Positions 50,347-61,996 of a DNA stretch of 64,000 nucleotides are shown in pieces. Under the pieces are notes generated by a model. It ran no database searches. It saw only the letters and a program-made list of their open reading frames with translations, and was not told the origin of the DNA. Every line of letters begins with the position of its first letter. The first letter of the stretch is position 1. Position numbers and translations under genes: made by a program. Source of the DNA: Adineta vaga (lineage: Eukaryota > Animalia > Rotifera); the NCBI GenBank assembly GCA_021613535.1, contig CP075492.1, forward strand, positions 5,332,001-5,396,000. Direction: 5' to 3'.

Positions 50347-51645
50347 ATGAACAGTCGACGTTTTCTTCAATGCAAAAAGTTTTTGCGAAAAATAAACGGA
50401 ATTCAAGCTCTACTATTTTTTATCTTATTAGTCGTAACAATAAGCTTCGTCGTTTTTCGGTGGTCAGCGTTTCACAACTTTCGAACTTATTTTTTCTCCA
50501 GATCAAATAAAAACACCGATTTCGAATCGAAAGAAAAGCATGAATTAAACAACAGACTATGCGACTGGTATTTTCTAAACTACACGCCAAGCTCTTGGGA
50601 GAATACATGGTTTAACAATATAAAACAATATCAAAATAATATTTGTGATATACTTTCAAGTTCCGAAAATTTGAATAAATCACGAAGATTAGTTAGCAAG
50701 TTAATACAATTGCAAATGTTCGGTAGAAAATTACAGGATGATAAAGATCAAGATACCAATGATCTCCTCTCAAAAATGTTTTATCGGCAAGAATGTATTA
50801 GTTCACAGACCGGAGAATCGTTCATAGTAGCAGACGTATCGCATTTGATTGAACCACTTGTTGGATTACTTCGAGACCCTTTAAGCGTCTGTTCTCAGCC
50901 TGATTCTTCGTTGTTATCACTTTCATTGTATAAAGGAGCAATAATACAATCAAAACGATTTCTCCTTTTATCTGTTTCAGCTCCAATTTACGTTCATTTT
51001 CTAATGGAGGATCATGAAAGTACTTTACAAAATAGTATTAGCTCAGGAAAAGGCGAGGCCAACATTCTGCCTTGGATGTATAAGCGATCAAAATCTAGCT
51101 TATTTGATACAAGTATAGACATGGCTAGTGCGAAAAGTATATTGATTGATTTGGGGAGTTCTTATTTTGGCGCTTGGAATAATGACACAAGCGCTGCTGC
51201 AGGGCGTTGGTTTTACGAATATTACAAGCGATTTGGAGTCAAATTTGATCGTGTTATCGCATTTGAGCAATCAACGTTAGATCCGAAAGTTGCATGGCAG
51301 CAATTACCGGATGATGTTTTCCCAATCTATACTCTTATTAATGTCGGCTGTTCTGCAACTGGACAGTTCAATCCTTGGAGAACTTTAAAAGCGATCGCAC
51401 GTCCACACGATAATGTAGTTATTAAACTAGATATAGACACTCCTGAAATCGAAACCGCTCTAATAAATCAGATTCTCAACAACCCAAGTATCCATAGCTT
51501 GATAGATGAACTTTTTTTTGAGCATCACGTCACCATAAAAGAGATGATGCCTCATTGGGGGAACCCGTTAGGTACATTGGAAAATTCTTATGTTTTATTC
51601 ACTAAGTTAAGACAACTTGGAATACGGATGCACTCATGGCCGTAG
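50347..51645 (+). CDS. FkbM-like SAM-dependent methyltransferase-domain type II membrane protein, intronless
   Basis: TM anchor at aa ~20-38; LIDLGSS, VIAFE, VVIKLDIDTPEIE, IDELFFEHH, LRQLGIRMHSWP. Confidence 0.75.
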   Translation: MNSRRFLQCKKFLRKINGIQALLFFILLVVTISFVVFRWSAFHNFRTYFFSRSNKNTDFESKEKHELNNRLCDWYFLNYTPSSWENTWFNNIKQYQNNICDILSSSENLNKSRRLVSKLIQLQMFGRKLQDDKDQDTNDLLSKMFYRQECISSQTGESFIVADVSHLIEPLVGLLRDPLSVCSQPDSSLLSLSLYKGAIIQSKRFLLLSVSAPIYVHFLMEDHESTLQNSISSGKGEANILPWMYKRSKSSLFDTSIDMASAKSILIDLGSSYFGAWNNDTSAAAGRWFYEYYKRFGVKFDRVIAFEQSTLDPKVAWQQLPDDVFPIYTLINVGCSATGQFNPWRTLKAIARPHDNVVIKLDIDTPEIETALINQILNNPSIHSLIDELFFEHHVTIKEMMPHWGNPLGTLENSYVLFTKLRQLGIRMHSWP

Positions 51646-53568
51646 ATCTAGCTTTACGTATTAGTGTAAATTGTATACAAATATCTAGATTAACTTTCTA
51701 GTTAATAAGTATCATGGCTGATCAAGGTTCATAATGGTATTTCTTCAAAATAAATTGGTCGATCTTCCAGGTTCAATTATTTCATTTTTATCAATGTTCA
51801 TTGTTCGTGTATATCATTTATTTTGAATAAAAGTGAAAATAACGAGTACTTTCTGGTTTATTAAACTGCATTTAATGTTACCCAATACCTAATACTGTTT
51901 ATAAGATGAAAAAGAATACATTTTTTACAGAAAATTCAGAACATCTATAACTAGTAGAATGTACATGAGTATGAAATAATCATAACAAGAGATTTTGAAC
52001 AATATGAAATATAAATATACGATGTGATTTAATTTGTATCTTATAAGTCCATGTTTGTAATACTTTTAATATCAGTTCAAATGTCTTATGTTGTTTGTTG
52101 ATAATGATTGATAGGCGATCGAAACTTCCAAAAAAAGAAAATAAATTATATTTAAAATTATCTTGATCATATCTTTATATTTTATATAGTAGACTGTAGT
52201 AATCATTCGTATAGATGTCTGTAGAGATATTTTCGAGAGTAAATGTGGGCATGGGTGTGGTCATCAACAGGCCAGCAAAGGCATGAAACGGATAATTGCC
52301 CCCTGAAAACATTTTAAGAGAGTAAGGAAACTTTATTGCTGCCGACATTGCAAATGTTTTTTGGCCGATTATGCCTCTATCTGTAGTACTATAGAATCGT
52401 ATTCATGTATATCATGGTCTTTAAAAGAGTCTTCGAATGATATAAGACTTAGGTACAGAACAGCAAAGCCTAGTCCATGCCAAAGCGCGAAAAATTTAAG
52501 CAAAAACATTTTGATTTAAAAATGGCACATATCTACTATAAGGAGTATAGAATAATATTTTGTTTGAAACCAAAACTATTTTATTGCCATCCCCCTAGAA
52601 AACTCTCGCCCATCCGTCCATACTCGTGGCTTTTGAACAGAAAAAAAGATCTTCATTACATTCATACCATCAGCTTCGTTCATGCGTACTCCAGATGAAC
52701 CACTATAAATATGTAGATTTAGAGCGCCTTTCTCTTTAAAACAACAGTTTTCCGGGAAAATTTTGAAATCGAAATAAATGCATGAGAGATAGTGCTGATC
52801 TTAGATCTTGCAGAAGCGATAAACTCTTTTTATTCAATACGTCTTCCCTTACAAACTTTCGCATGATTTCTATAGTCGATTGTTCAAACAAAATACGGCT
52901 TTTGGTTCTTTTAGCTCAGTTTATGATAATTTAATTTCTTCACTAATATTTCCTCGTCTCGAACCTTTTAATATATTAGAATTCTTTGTCAGAAGAAGTT
53001 TTCGCAGATGCAGTGAACTACATAGGGTGTGGGTAAGTCTAGGTGGACGTTGGTACTACCTGCATCCAACACCCACACCTATCTGTAAGGATAGCGAGTG
53101 TCAATGGGATAGGTATCCATCATCTCATTTTCAATTCCATTACAGATTTCTAAGTTGAATTGACATGATCTCGATGCCATGACGTAATAATTAAATTATG
53201 TATTCCATTCGACATTTTGATTTTGTCTGAATAATGCGTTCATTGACATACCAGTCATTAATCAATAAAACTTACAGGAAGTGAATAAGAGGGAAAGGGT
53301 AATAAATATTCATTTCCAGAGAAAAGAAAGAGAGAACGAACATAAAACGTTTACGAATAAGGTAGGAAATACCATAGAGAAGGACGATCAATGTCGAATC
53401 TCAACATACTTGACCATTTCGTATGATAGTAATATATCCATCGCTACATTCACATTCTCATCTTCATTCTTTTACCAGAACATATACAAGGTATTATACG
53501 CAAGTCTTGTAGTTTGAAATGGACAACTATATTTTATTTTTTTCACTTTTTATTGTTCTGACTTAAAC

Positions 53569-56500
53569 ATGAGGTTGATTAAAGCAAAATATATTCTTGT
53601 GGTTAATGGGCTCTTTTTGTTCGGTAAGTAACATCATGAGTATTATCGAAAGTTGAACCTTAAAATCCAATAATATAATATTAGGGTTATTATGGTGGAC
53701 TGTGTCGAAAATCCCACAAACAAGTGAATCGGTTCAACGTACAAGCATCAATCCACCATTCTATCCAATGGGTTCTGGTGATCTTTCTCGTTTGGCTCAT
53801 GTTTATTTCCCAAAAAACAAAGTATTTCATGTCAACGGAGTCGCATACGATTTTTATTCGATATGGGAACTAGGCAAATCAGAGCCAGGTCAGCAATGGT
53901 TGACATTCCCGCTTCCAGGTGAAATAAATAATAAAAATATTCCTCCTCCCTGGCATCCGATTTGTTCAAGTGTCAATCTACCAATTCACATTTCCCCTTT
54001 GACCAAAACACGAATTGCATTTCTCGAACAAGTATATGTGATTAGTGACGAAGGGTTTGTTGATAGACATGAGCATTTGAAAAAAGTGTTTCACCGACAA
54101 GCAATTCCAGATAGCTCAATACATTGGGTATGGAAATGGAATCGTACAACATGTAATGCCAAAAACAACTTTGATGAAGTCTACAGAAAAAAGCTAAATA
54201 TGAAACCTGGTAAGTTGAAGTATTATTTTTTGATTATTCGTCAACGTTACACGTGAGACATAAGATATGCGATTATAAACTCTCAGATAATACACTTGCT
54301 AATATAGATAATTCAGAGCATCAACAATAAATTGCACTGAATTCAGGATGAGAGGATAGGGATGAACATTGGTGTAATGGTATCTCTCGCCCACAATGTC
54401 TCATATGTATCCATATTTCACCAACAAAATCAGAACATACTTTATTATATGTGATAAATAACAGGTCTCCAGCATTTATAGCTCTAAAATATCAGTATTA
54501 AGTTCTCCAAAATTATTTGCTCAATTCGTACTCGACTAAATAGCACTAATAATAAATCAGATTTTCCAAAGTCAAATAGAGTTGCTCACTCTTCGAAAAT
54601 GATCATCGTAAACCGAATAAAAAATACATAAAACTTAGAAACATCATTCGAAAAGCAGAACGAATCGGTTTCATTTTGAAATCAGAAATTCTAATAACAG
54701 AAGAAAATTTTTCTGTATTGAGTATGATACTTTTGGGTTCGGAATACCTTTGTCTAATTTTTGCGAATCACCTATTCGCAGTTAACAACATTATTGGGTT
54801 TGAAAACGGGAACCTCCAATCTCACAACGGCTTTTTGGTGGTTTAGGAAGAAGCTTGTTCAGCGTCGTCTCGCAGTTACAAAAAATATTCAGTTAGACAT
54901 GGAGCTGTGAGTGAGTTCGAACTTTCGAATTAATGCGGCGCATCTGCTTTCTCAGATCAATGATAATGCTTATTTTACCTAAAAGTCCTCGCGTTGAACG
55001 CGATAATTCGTAAAGTAACCGTTTTACTTGAATTTCGCTTGCGGTGGTCTATCATATTTCAATCTGAATTTGGAAAAAACGACTTTATTTAAGATCAGAA
55101 TGATCGGACTATGGCTACCAGAATTTAGCAATTATTACAATATCAGTTCTAGAACTAATGATTAACCATTTCCGTTACAAAGGAAGATTAAGACTAAAAG
55201 AAACTAGGATGATTTACGACACACGAAAGACTAAGAGAACTCAACATGTTTTCGATATTAATCGTTACTAAAATTCACTACTCTCAACATTGAAATTAAA
55301 AAAAGGGTTTTGCGGTAGTTAAGATGTCTAAAAATAGTTTTCTGCTCGTGACAAAATAAATACCGTCTAGAAGCTGTCGCACATAACTACAAAACTCGTA
55401 AAAAGGACTTCCCATCGCTTTTCAAATATCTCAGTGGTTTTGGATCAACTTACAAACTGAAGAAGGGCTTAGAACTGGTTGCAATATCGAAGCTCTTTTG
55501 TTCAGTGAAAGGTTTGTAGCCATAGTACTATAGAAGTTTTTGAGTAGAAGTAATGCTTGCGAGTGTGCGTAGTTTTTGTATAGCTTGGTAAAAAGAAACT
55601 GTAATAGTTGGACTTTGGAGCTAAGCGTTGATAGTAAAAAATGGAAGACTTTAACTATTGTATCAGCAATAACATTTCTACTTTAAGAAATTATATAGCA
55701 ATAGAGACGTGAACTATATGACAAAGAGAGCGATAGAAAACATCCTTGTTGGGTCATGTGAATACGTATCAATTAATAGATGAACATTTCTCATTCATTT
55801 TTAGATATCTGTATACAGAAATACTCTGGAAAAAGACGTAGTTTACCGAAATCTTCCTAAATGCTCTACATGATACATAGATTCGAAAAAACAAGTTTTC
55901 AGATTTTAAGAAAAGATTCTTTCAAGGTTTCGTAAATCTGAAAACCTATTTTTTCAAATCTGTGCATTATGGAGAGCATTTACGAAGAGTTCAGTAGAAT
56001 ACCTTTTTTTTTAGAGTGATCATCTGTGAAAGAAGCATTTATTCAAATATATATATGTTTTAGGAAACAAGAATTTTTTTGAAAACTATATCCCAGGTCG
56101 ATCAATCCGATACTCGGATCCGATCGGATCCCATGCCGGATTCTATCGGAATCCGATGATCCGACAATATCCTATCGGATTCCTGGTGACGGAATCACTT
56201 CGGATTCTGTCGGTTGCGGATCCTATCGGATCCAATACAAGATCCTATAGTTTCCAAAAAACGGATTTCGACGGATCCGATAGGTGGGCATAAGACCGTA
56301 ATAAAATATAGCTAAAAAGAACGCTCATAAAATATGCAGCTTCCGACGGAAATTTTACTGACGGAATCCAATACAGATCCGTCACCAGGAATCCGATAGG
56401 ATTTTGTAGGAACGTTGGATCCTATAGGGTCCTATCGGATCCAATATCGGATTTGTCGACCTGGGATCATGACAAGCTGATATTTAAATCAAGCTTCGTT

Positions 56501-58144
56501 TGTTACATAAAATCTATGAAATTTTTAAGTAAATGATTAATCTGTTGTTTGCATTCCAACCACTCAACTAATTCATACAGTGTCTCAAGCCTCCGTTAGT
56601 TCTTCTGGTCGGTCCGTATTCTTGATATATATATATATATATTGCTACACAATAAGAGAAAAGTGACAAGATGATGTATATACATAGAAGACATCTTTCG
56701 CAGATAGAATATGAGAATGAAGCAAGGGGAAAAAAGCGAAAAATCGGTACTGCAGTATACCCTTTGTACTCCCGCGATAAATTATGAGTATTCTTGAGAG
56801 GTTTTTCAGTATTTTCAAGTCCACCGGTGATTAGTGTTACAGTGCACCCGCTAGAGTACAATGCAAATAAACCAAGCGAATAGAAATGTTCAAATACTCC
56901 ATGATACTTCGAAACTGGAGTATTTTGGAGCATTTGAGGCTTTCTGCTCGCTAGTGTTAGTTACATTGTATTCCAGCGGGTGCACTGTAACACTGGTCAC
57001 TGGTGAACTTGAAAACACTAAGAAAAATTTCAAGGATACTGATAACTTACCGAGGGAGTACAAAGAGTATACTGGAGTACCGACTTTTCGCTTTTTCCAC
57101 CTTGGAATGAAGACAGGAGCAAAGAACGAAAATATAAAGCAAATAAATATAAAATAACAAACGAAGGCTAATAAGCTCTGTATTTTTTATTCCAGCCTAT
57201 TCTTTTGTGAACGTCATTAAGTTTTGGACATTAACACACCAGAAATGAACTTTGCATTTAATAAATCCACGCTATAATTAGAAGAAAACAGAATTGCCCG
57301 CTCGAAAATTCTCTTCCTATTAATTTTCTGAAGTTTTTTTTCAATGCGATTATACCGTAACGATTTATCATGGTTCGATTGCCTGCGGCTACAACTAAGT
57401 GACACATTTATATGTTAAGTAATTACGCTTATGATACTCATCTGCAAGGTATTTACAGCACAATTTTCATGTCATTTTTTTACTTGATGTGTAGGGTTTC
57501 ATCTTCCGGACAATCTCTGTCCAATTATCATGAAGCATGTTGAGGCATGGCATTATGTGGCTGAGAACCAAATTAAACTGGCATTAATCCTGGAGGATGA
57601 TCCACTCTTTGTACCATTTTTCAGGAAAAAGTTGGAGAGAGTTATTTACACAGCCATTCGAACAGGTGCTCTGCGCATTGATACAAATTGTTTAAATCTT
57701 AGTGAAAGTCGGACCATGAGAAACGACGAGTGGATTTACCAAGAACCAATGATAGTTATTGGAACATGCTTCGATTTTTACGATGAATCATTTAATAGTT
57801 CAGTTCCAGATCCGCAGCCATTACTTACGACACACAAGCTGCGTCCATCGCGTTGTGCCCATGCATATATGATTACAGCATGTAGCGCACGGGCTATGCT
57901 AAGAGAAATCGCTGCGAAACCAACAGAAATCGATACACCTGACTTTCTAATGAACGAATTGTTTCCTCGATCACATGTCCTTCAATCATTTTGGGCTGAT
58001 CCACCGCTTGTATACCAAGGCAATCGAGTCGATGATCTTGAGCAGTTACAAACTTTCAAAGAAACTAAATACCAACTGAAGGCAGAAAATAAAAGAAACT
58101 TAAAAAGCTTTTCCTCTTGGTTTTTTTCTAAAAGCCAATTATAA
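53569..58144 (+). CDS. GT25 family glycosyltransferase, type II membrane; 3 exons
   Basis: Exons 53569-53623, 53685-54209 and 57495-58144, with phase-1 junctions checked. TM ILVVNGLFLFGLLWW; QVYVIS..DRHE; KHVEAW; LILEDD; RCAHAYMIT..A; PPLVYQ. Confidence 0.82.
55822..56018. mobile_element. Palindromic CACTCT-type MITE in the GT25 intron
   Basis: tactct..aaatgctct / agagcattt..agagtg inverted arms. Confidence 0.55.
56092..56465. mobile_element. CCCAGG-terminus GGATCC-rich MITE in the GT25 intron
   Basis: at|cccaggtcga...tcgacctggg|at; 2-bp TSD AT. Confidence 0.88.
56723..57104. mobile_element. hAT-type palindromic MITE in the GT25 intron
   Basis: CAAGG...CCTTG termini; ~180-bp arms; perfect 8-bp TSD gaatgaag. 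Confidence 0.88.
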
Positions 58145-60699
58145 GCTGAACAATGTTATCATAATGCTCAAATATTAAAAACTGTATACAAGATTTTGAA
58201 ATTCTATATTCGAAGAATCACTACAATTTCTAAAATTTGTTTCATGTTACTTGTCATTTATTTCAATTTGGATGGGGCTGCGTGTGAGAGTGTGGAAATG
58301 AGTCAGAAAGAGATAAGTTCACTTACATCCATACCCGTCGTGAGATGGTGAATTTAACATTTAATTCGTAAAAGCAAAAAGTTAGTTTTTGTAGAAAGCG
58401 GTTACATAATCACCAACTAGCTTCGTGAACAAAAATAGATTCTCGATACGTTTCCTATCAGAGATCTTTAGTAGTTACGATAAGCATCGAACATGAGCAA
58501 GTCAAGTCATTCTTTGGCTTGAAAACTGCCATACACGCCAAGTCACAAGTGAAATATAAGAACTAGATATAATTATGTATTCGATGCATCTAATTTCTGT
58601 GCAATTAGTATTGACTATCGATGTCCAAAATAAAACAAGGAAATACACTGACGTACTACAGGAAAACATGAACGAAACTCTTATTTAACACTAATCCGAC
58701 CAATTTCAGACGGATCATTTGATGTCAAAGTGAGTTTTAATCTCAAGTAACAGAAAACTGAGGTTTGTCTGTACACATGGTATTTTGAGAAAAGTAAAAT
58801 AAAAAAGATATTGAAAGAACGAATGAGCTATATATCCGAGAAGTATAGACTTAATAGTACAAATATCAGCAACTATCAGAATTCAAATGATCAGTAACGA
58901 ATTATCTTCACAAATTTTTGTTCAATAGATGACAGCAGATATTGAACTTCTGGGCCTTGCATGACCTATAACTCGAGGCTGATTCAAGGTAAGCATGCGA
59001 TTTTTTATGGTAGTGAGGCGTTCTTAAGTAGAATAAATGGTAAAAAAATCACAAGCATTGGTTAAGTAGAACTGGAGATATTAAAATTTTACGTTGAAAA
59101 ATACGACAGTACAATAAAATTGCAATTCGTCCATATAGTCTTAAATTAAAAATTGATCTTTTTCTCTCCAATACAGAATTTAACATTGATATGCTCTTGA
59201 AAGGAGTCGTAAAAAAAGAAAAGGTACTTTTTTCTTTTCAACAAATAGAAATAAGTAGTAATATAAAAAAATACAATGATCCATCTTTTTCGATTTGTTT
59301 TTCAGAAAATGACTATACTATATATACGCGTTTAACGCAAAATATTTGACGGAAAAAATGTTTCTTCGAAAGTTATACTGTGATATTTCATGTAAATAGA
59401 GTAATGACGAACAAAAGTAATTGCACTCGCTATATATATCGTTTTTCACAATATCGAAAAAATACAACAACAACGAGTCACGAGAAAAACTGTACCGTTT
59501 TAATATTACGCAACTAGAGTATTATGATTAACCATATCTCTCATATCACAAACCGTGGTATATGTGGATACGAATCTGATTGCCATAAAGATATTTAAGC
59601 TACATCCTCCCTATATTAGGACCATGCTTTTGTCTGCTATATACGAAACTCTATTTGCAAAAAAGATTTTATAACGATAAACCTTTTAAATAAAGTTCTG
59701 ACAATAAGAGCTACACAGATCATATTTTATCTTTCAAATTCTTTAGTACTTCTTGTTTTAAGTGAGATAACGAGAAGTATTGCGAAGGGCGAACTTTTTA
59801 TTGTCTCTTACTCCCAGTAACCAGAACGTTTGGTTTTCAGTGCCTTTCTACAGAAACATCTTTCTTTCAACATAGTCGAACAGAAAATCGGTCAAAGTTT
59901 ACCAACAATGGGCAGCACTTTTTCGATTCAGTAAAACTGATCAATTTACACCTGTGCTCCCGTATGTTTCGATAGAACGTTTAAATGCCGTAAAATTGGA
60001 GAAAAACTATCAGGTGATTTAGTGACAGAAGGCTGGACTATTAAAATTATGAATTTATAGGAGAACTTCTGCGAATCAAGACAATTGAAGACACAATCGA
60101 TTGCGGTTCAAGAGTTGATGAGGAGAACACTCAAGATACTATATAATCGTCTATTATATTTCAATCTGAATTTTAAATTGAAATGATGAAGCATGACTTC
60201 ATACAATAGGGTTCAGCATGTGGAAAAAGTGTAAAATAGTGCTGTTTTCTCGACGTTAGCGAGGGCAGCTAAAATGTCGATATTCGAGATATATAAAATG
60301 GTCACTTCACGGCAGAATACTTTTAAACTGGATCTCAGTGGGTACGCTCAAATATGTTCCCGGTAAGTAGAATCTAAATATTTTAAATATTATTCTACGC
60401 TAAAATTTACTAATGCAAAGTAATGTATTGAGGGTCATAACTCATTGAGGACGCCACAAAGCATCAAATTGGCAGAAGAATGATTCAATTGCACTTCTAT
60501 TATTCGCCTAATTATTAACGTGCTCTTCTGTCACTCAAATCCACCAAGTCCCTTAAGTCTCTGTTAGATCCATAATGGTCTTAATATATAAACTACACTA
60601 CAATCTGAAAGTGACAAGATAATGTATACAAATCAAATACATCTTGTGTGTATAGAGTATGACAATAAAAGAAAAATTAATGAAGTAAGGATATTGCTA

Positions 60700-61453
60700 G
60701 GCTTGTATTTATTTGAGCAACAAAAATATTGGAATGAGCAATAATTAAAGCATGATTTAGCAGTAACTTTCGAGCAATGAGAAAACGTTGTTTGAGCAAT
60801 TTTATAATATTAAATGAACAATAAATAGTTTATTATATAACAATATTAATTTCATATTTAAGCAACAAAAAAAGAAAAAACTACATTATTTTTCTTTACA
60901 ATTAGCAAGAAACAAAAAGAAAAATGGAAAATATAACTAATCATTGAATCAATAAAGCTTTTTTTGCTTTCGATGGTCTGCCTCTTTTCCTTTTTGTACC
61001 AATTTCTACATTTTTTGCCTCAGGTGGAGGTTTACAATATTTCAATCTAATGGGCATACGAATGGTGTGCTTTGAAATATAATATTCCATGAATGATGGA
61101 CAGGTGCAGGGTGTGGGTGTCTTTGTTATATTCAGACCCACCCTCACACTCACACCTAACACCTTCATCCTCAATATTACTTGAAAGTTGCATTTCCATG
61201 TCATTTTCAGAATCAGAAATATAGTCTGCTACACTTTTCGATTGAGCCATTTGTATTAAATGAACGGATTATTATTGCCCTTTTTATACACATATTGTTT
61301 TATTTAAATTAATTATTGCTCATTTCATCTAATTATCCCTCATTCAGTATAATTATCGCTCATTGATTATATATATTGCTCATTCAATATATTTAGTGCT
61401 AAATTTGATTATTGCTCATTCCAATATTTTTATTGCTCAATTAAATATAAGTC
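60700..61453 (-). mobile_element. Internally deleted MULE retaining the transposase N-terminus and SWIM/AT-hook C-terminus
   Basis: TIRs ggcttgtatttatttgagcaa / ttgctcaattaaatataagtc; imperfect 9-bp TSD atattgcta/atattgtaa; CTCPSF..SKH and KRKRGRPSKAKKAL. Confidence 0.75.
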
Positions 61454-61603
61454 ATATTGTAATATAAGATAAAGAATACTAATCGAAGTGTAAGAAGTAT
61501 TGTATTTTTATTCAAGTTAGTATTGCTAATTGCAATAAAGATGAATAAGCTTCTTCTACAACTAAAAAGGTTTCGTCACTCAAGTCCCTCTAATCCCACC
61601 CGA

Positions 61604-61996
61604 TGGGGGTGCACCAAATCCAATTCCAGTCAGATCCAAATCTATGATTTGACTGGGTTTGATCAGATTTTACTTGAATGGTAGTAGGTAAAGACTTGTG
61701 TTGATATGTAGTTTCACAATAACAGTGAATGTGTCGGTGAATAAAAATGGATACATATGAGAGTGGGTGAACTCAATGCACGTATGTTAGTATCGGGGTA
61801 GGAAAGATATCCTGACATATTACTATCCACAACCTCACATAATGCCCCGTCTGCATCTATCGCACCTCCGTACCCACACATACACCCTCGCTCACATTCG
61901 CACGCTTATATTCTGTCAGGTCCAAACAATATCTAGTCAAATCCAAATCCAATTCTAGAATTGGATTTGACTGGAATTGGTTTTGGTGCATCCCTA
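61604..61996. mobile_element. TAGGG-terminus (hAT-like) MITE enclosing a degenerate GT/AC hairpin
   Basis: ggggtgcaccaaatccaattccagtca / tgactggaattggttttggtgcatcccta. Confidence 0.65.

Noticed and set aside
56568-57157. Similar ORFs 56568-56933(-) and 56861-57157(+)
   Set aside because: Artefact of the palindromic hAT MITE.
58400-60650. Possible decayed transposase fragments
   Set aside because: No motif or termini I could identify with confidence.
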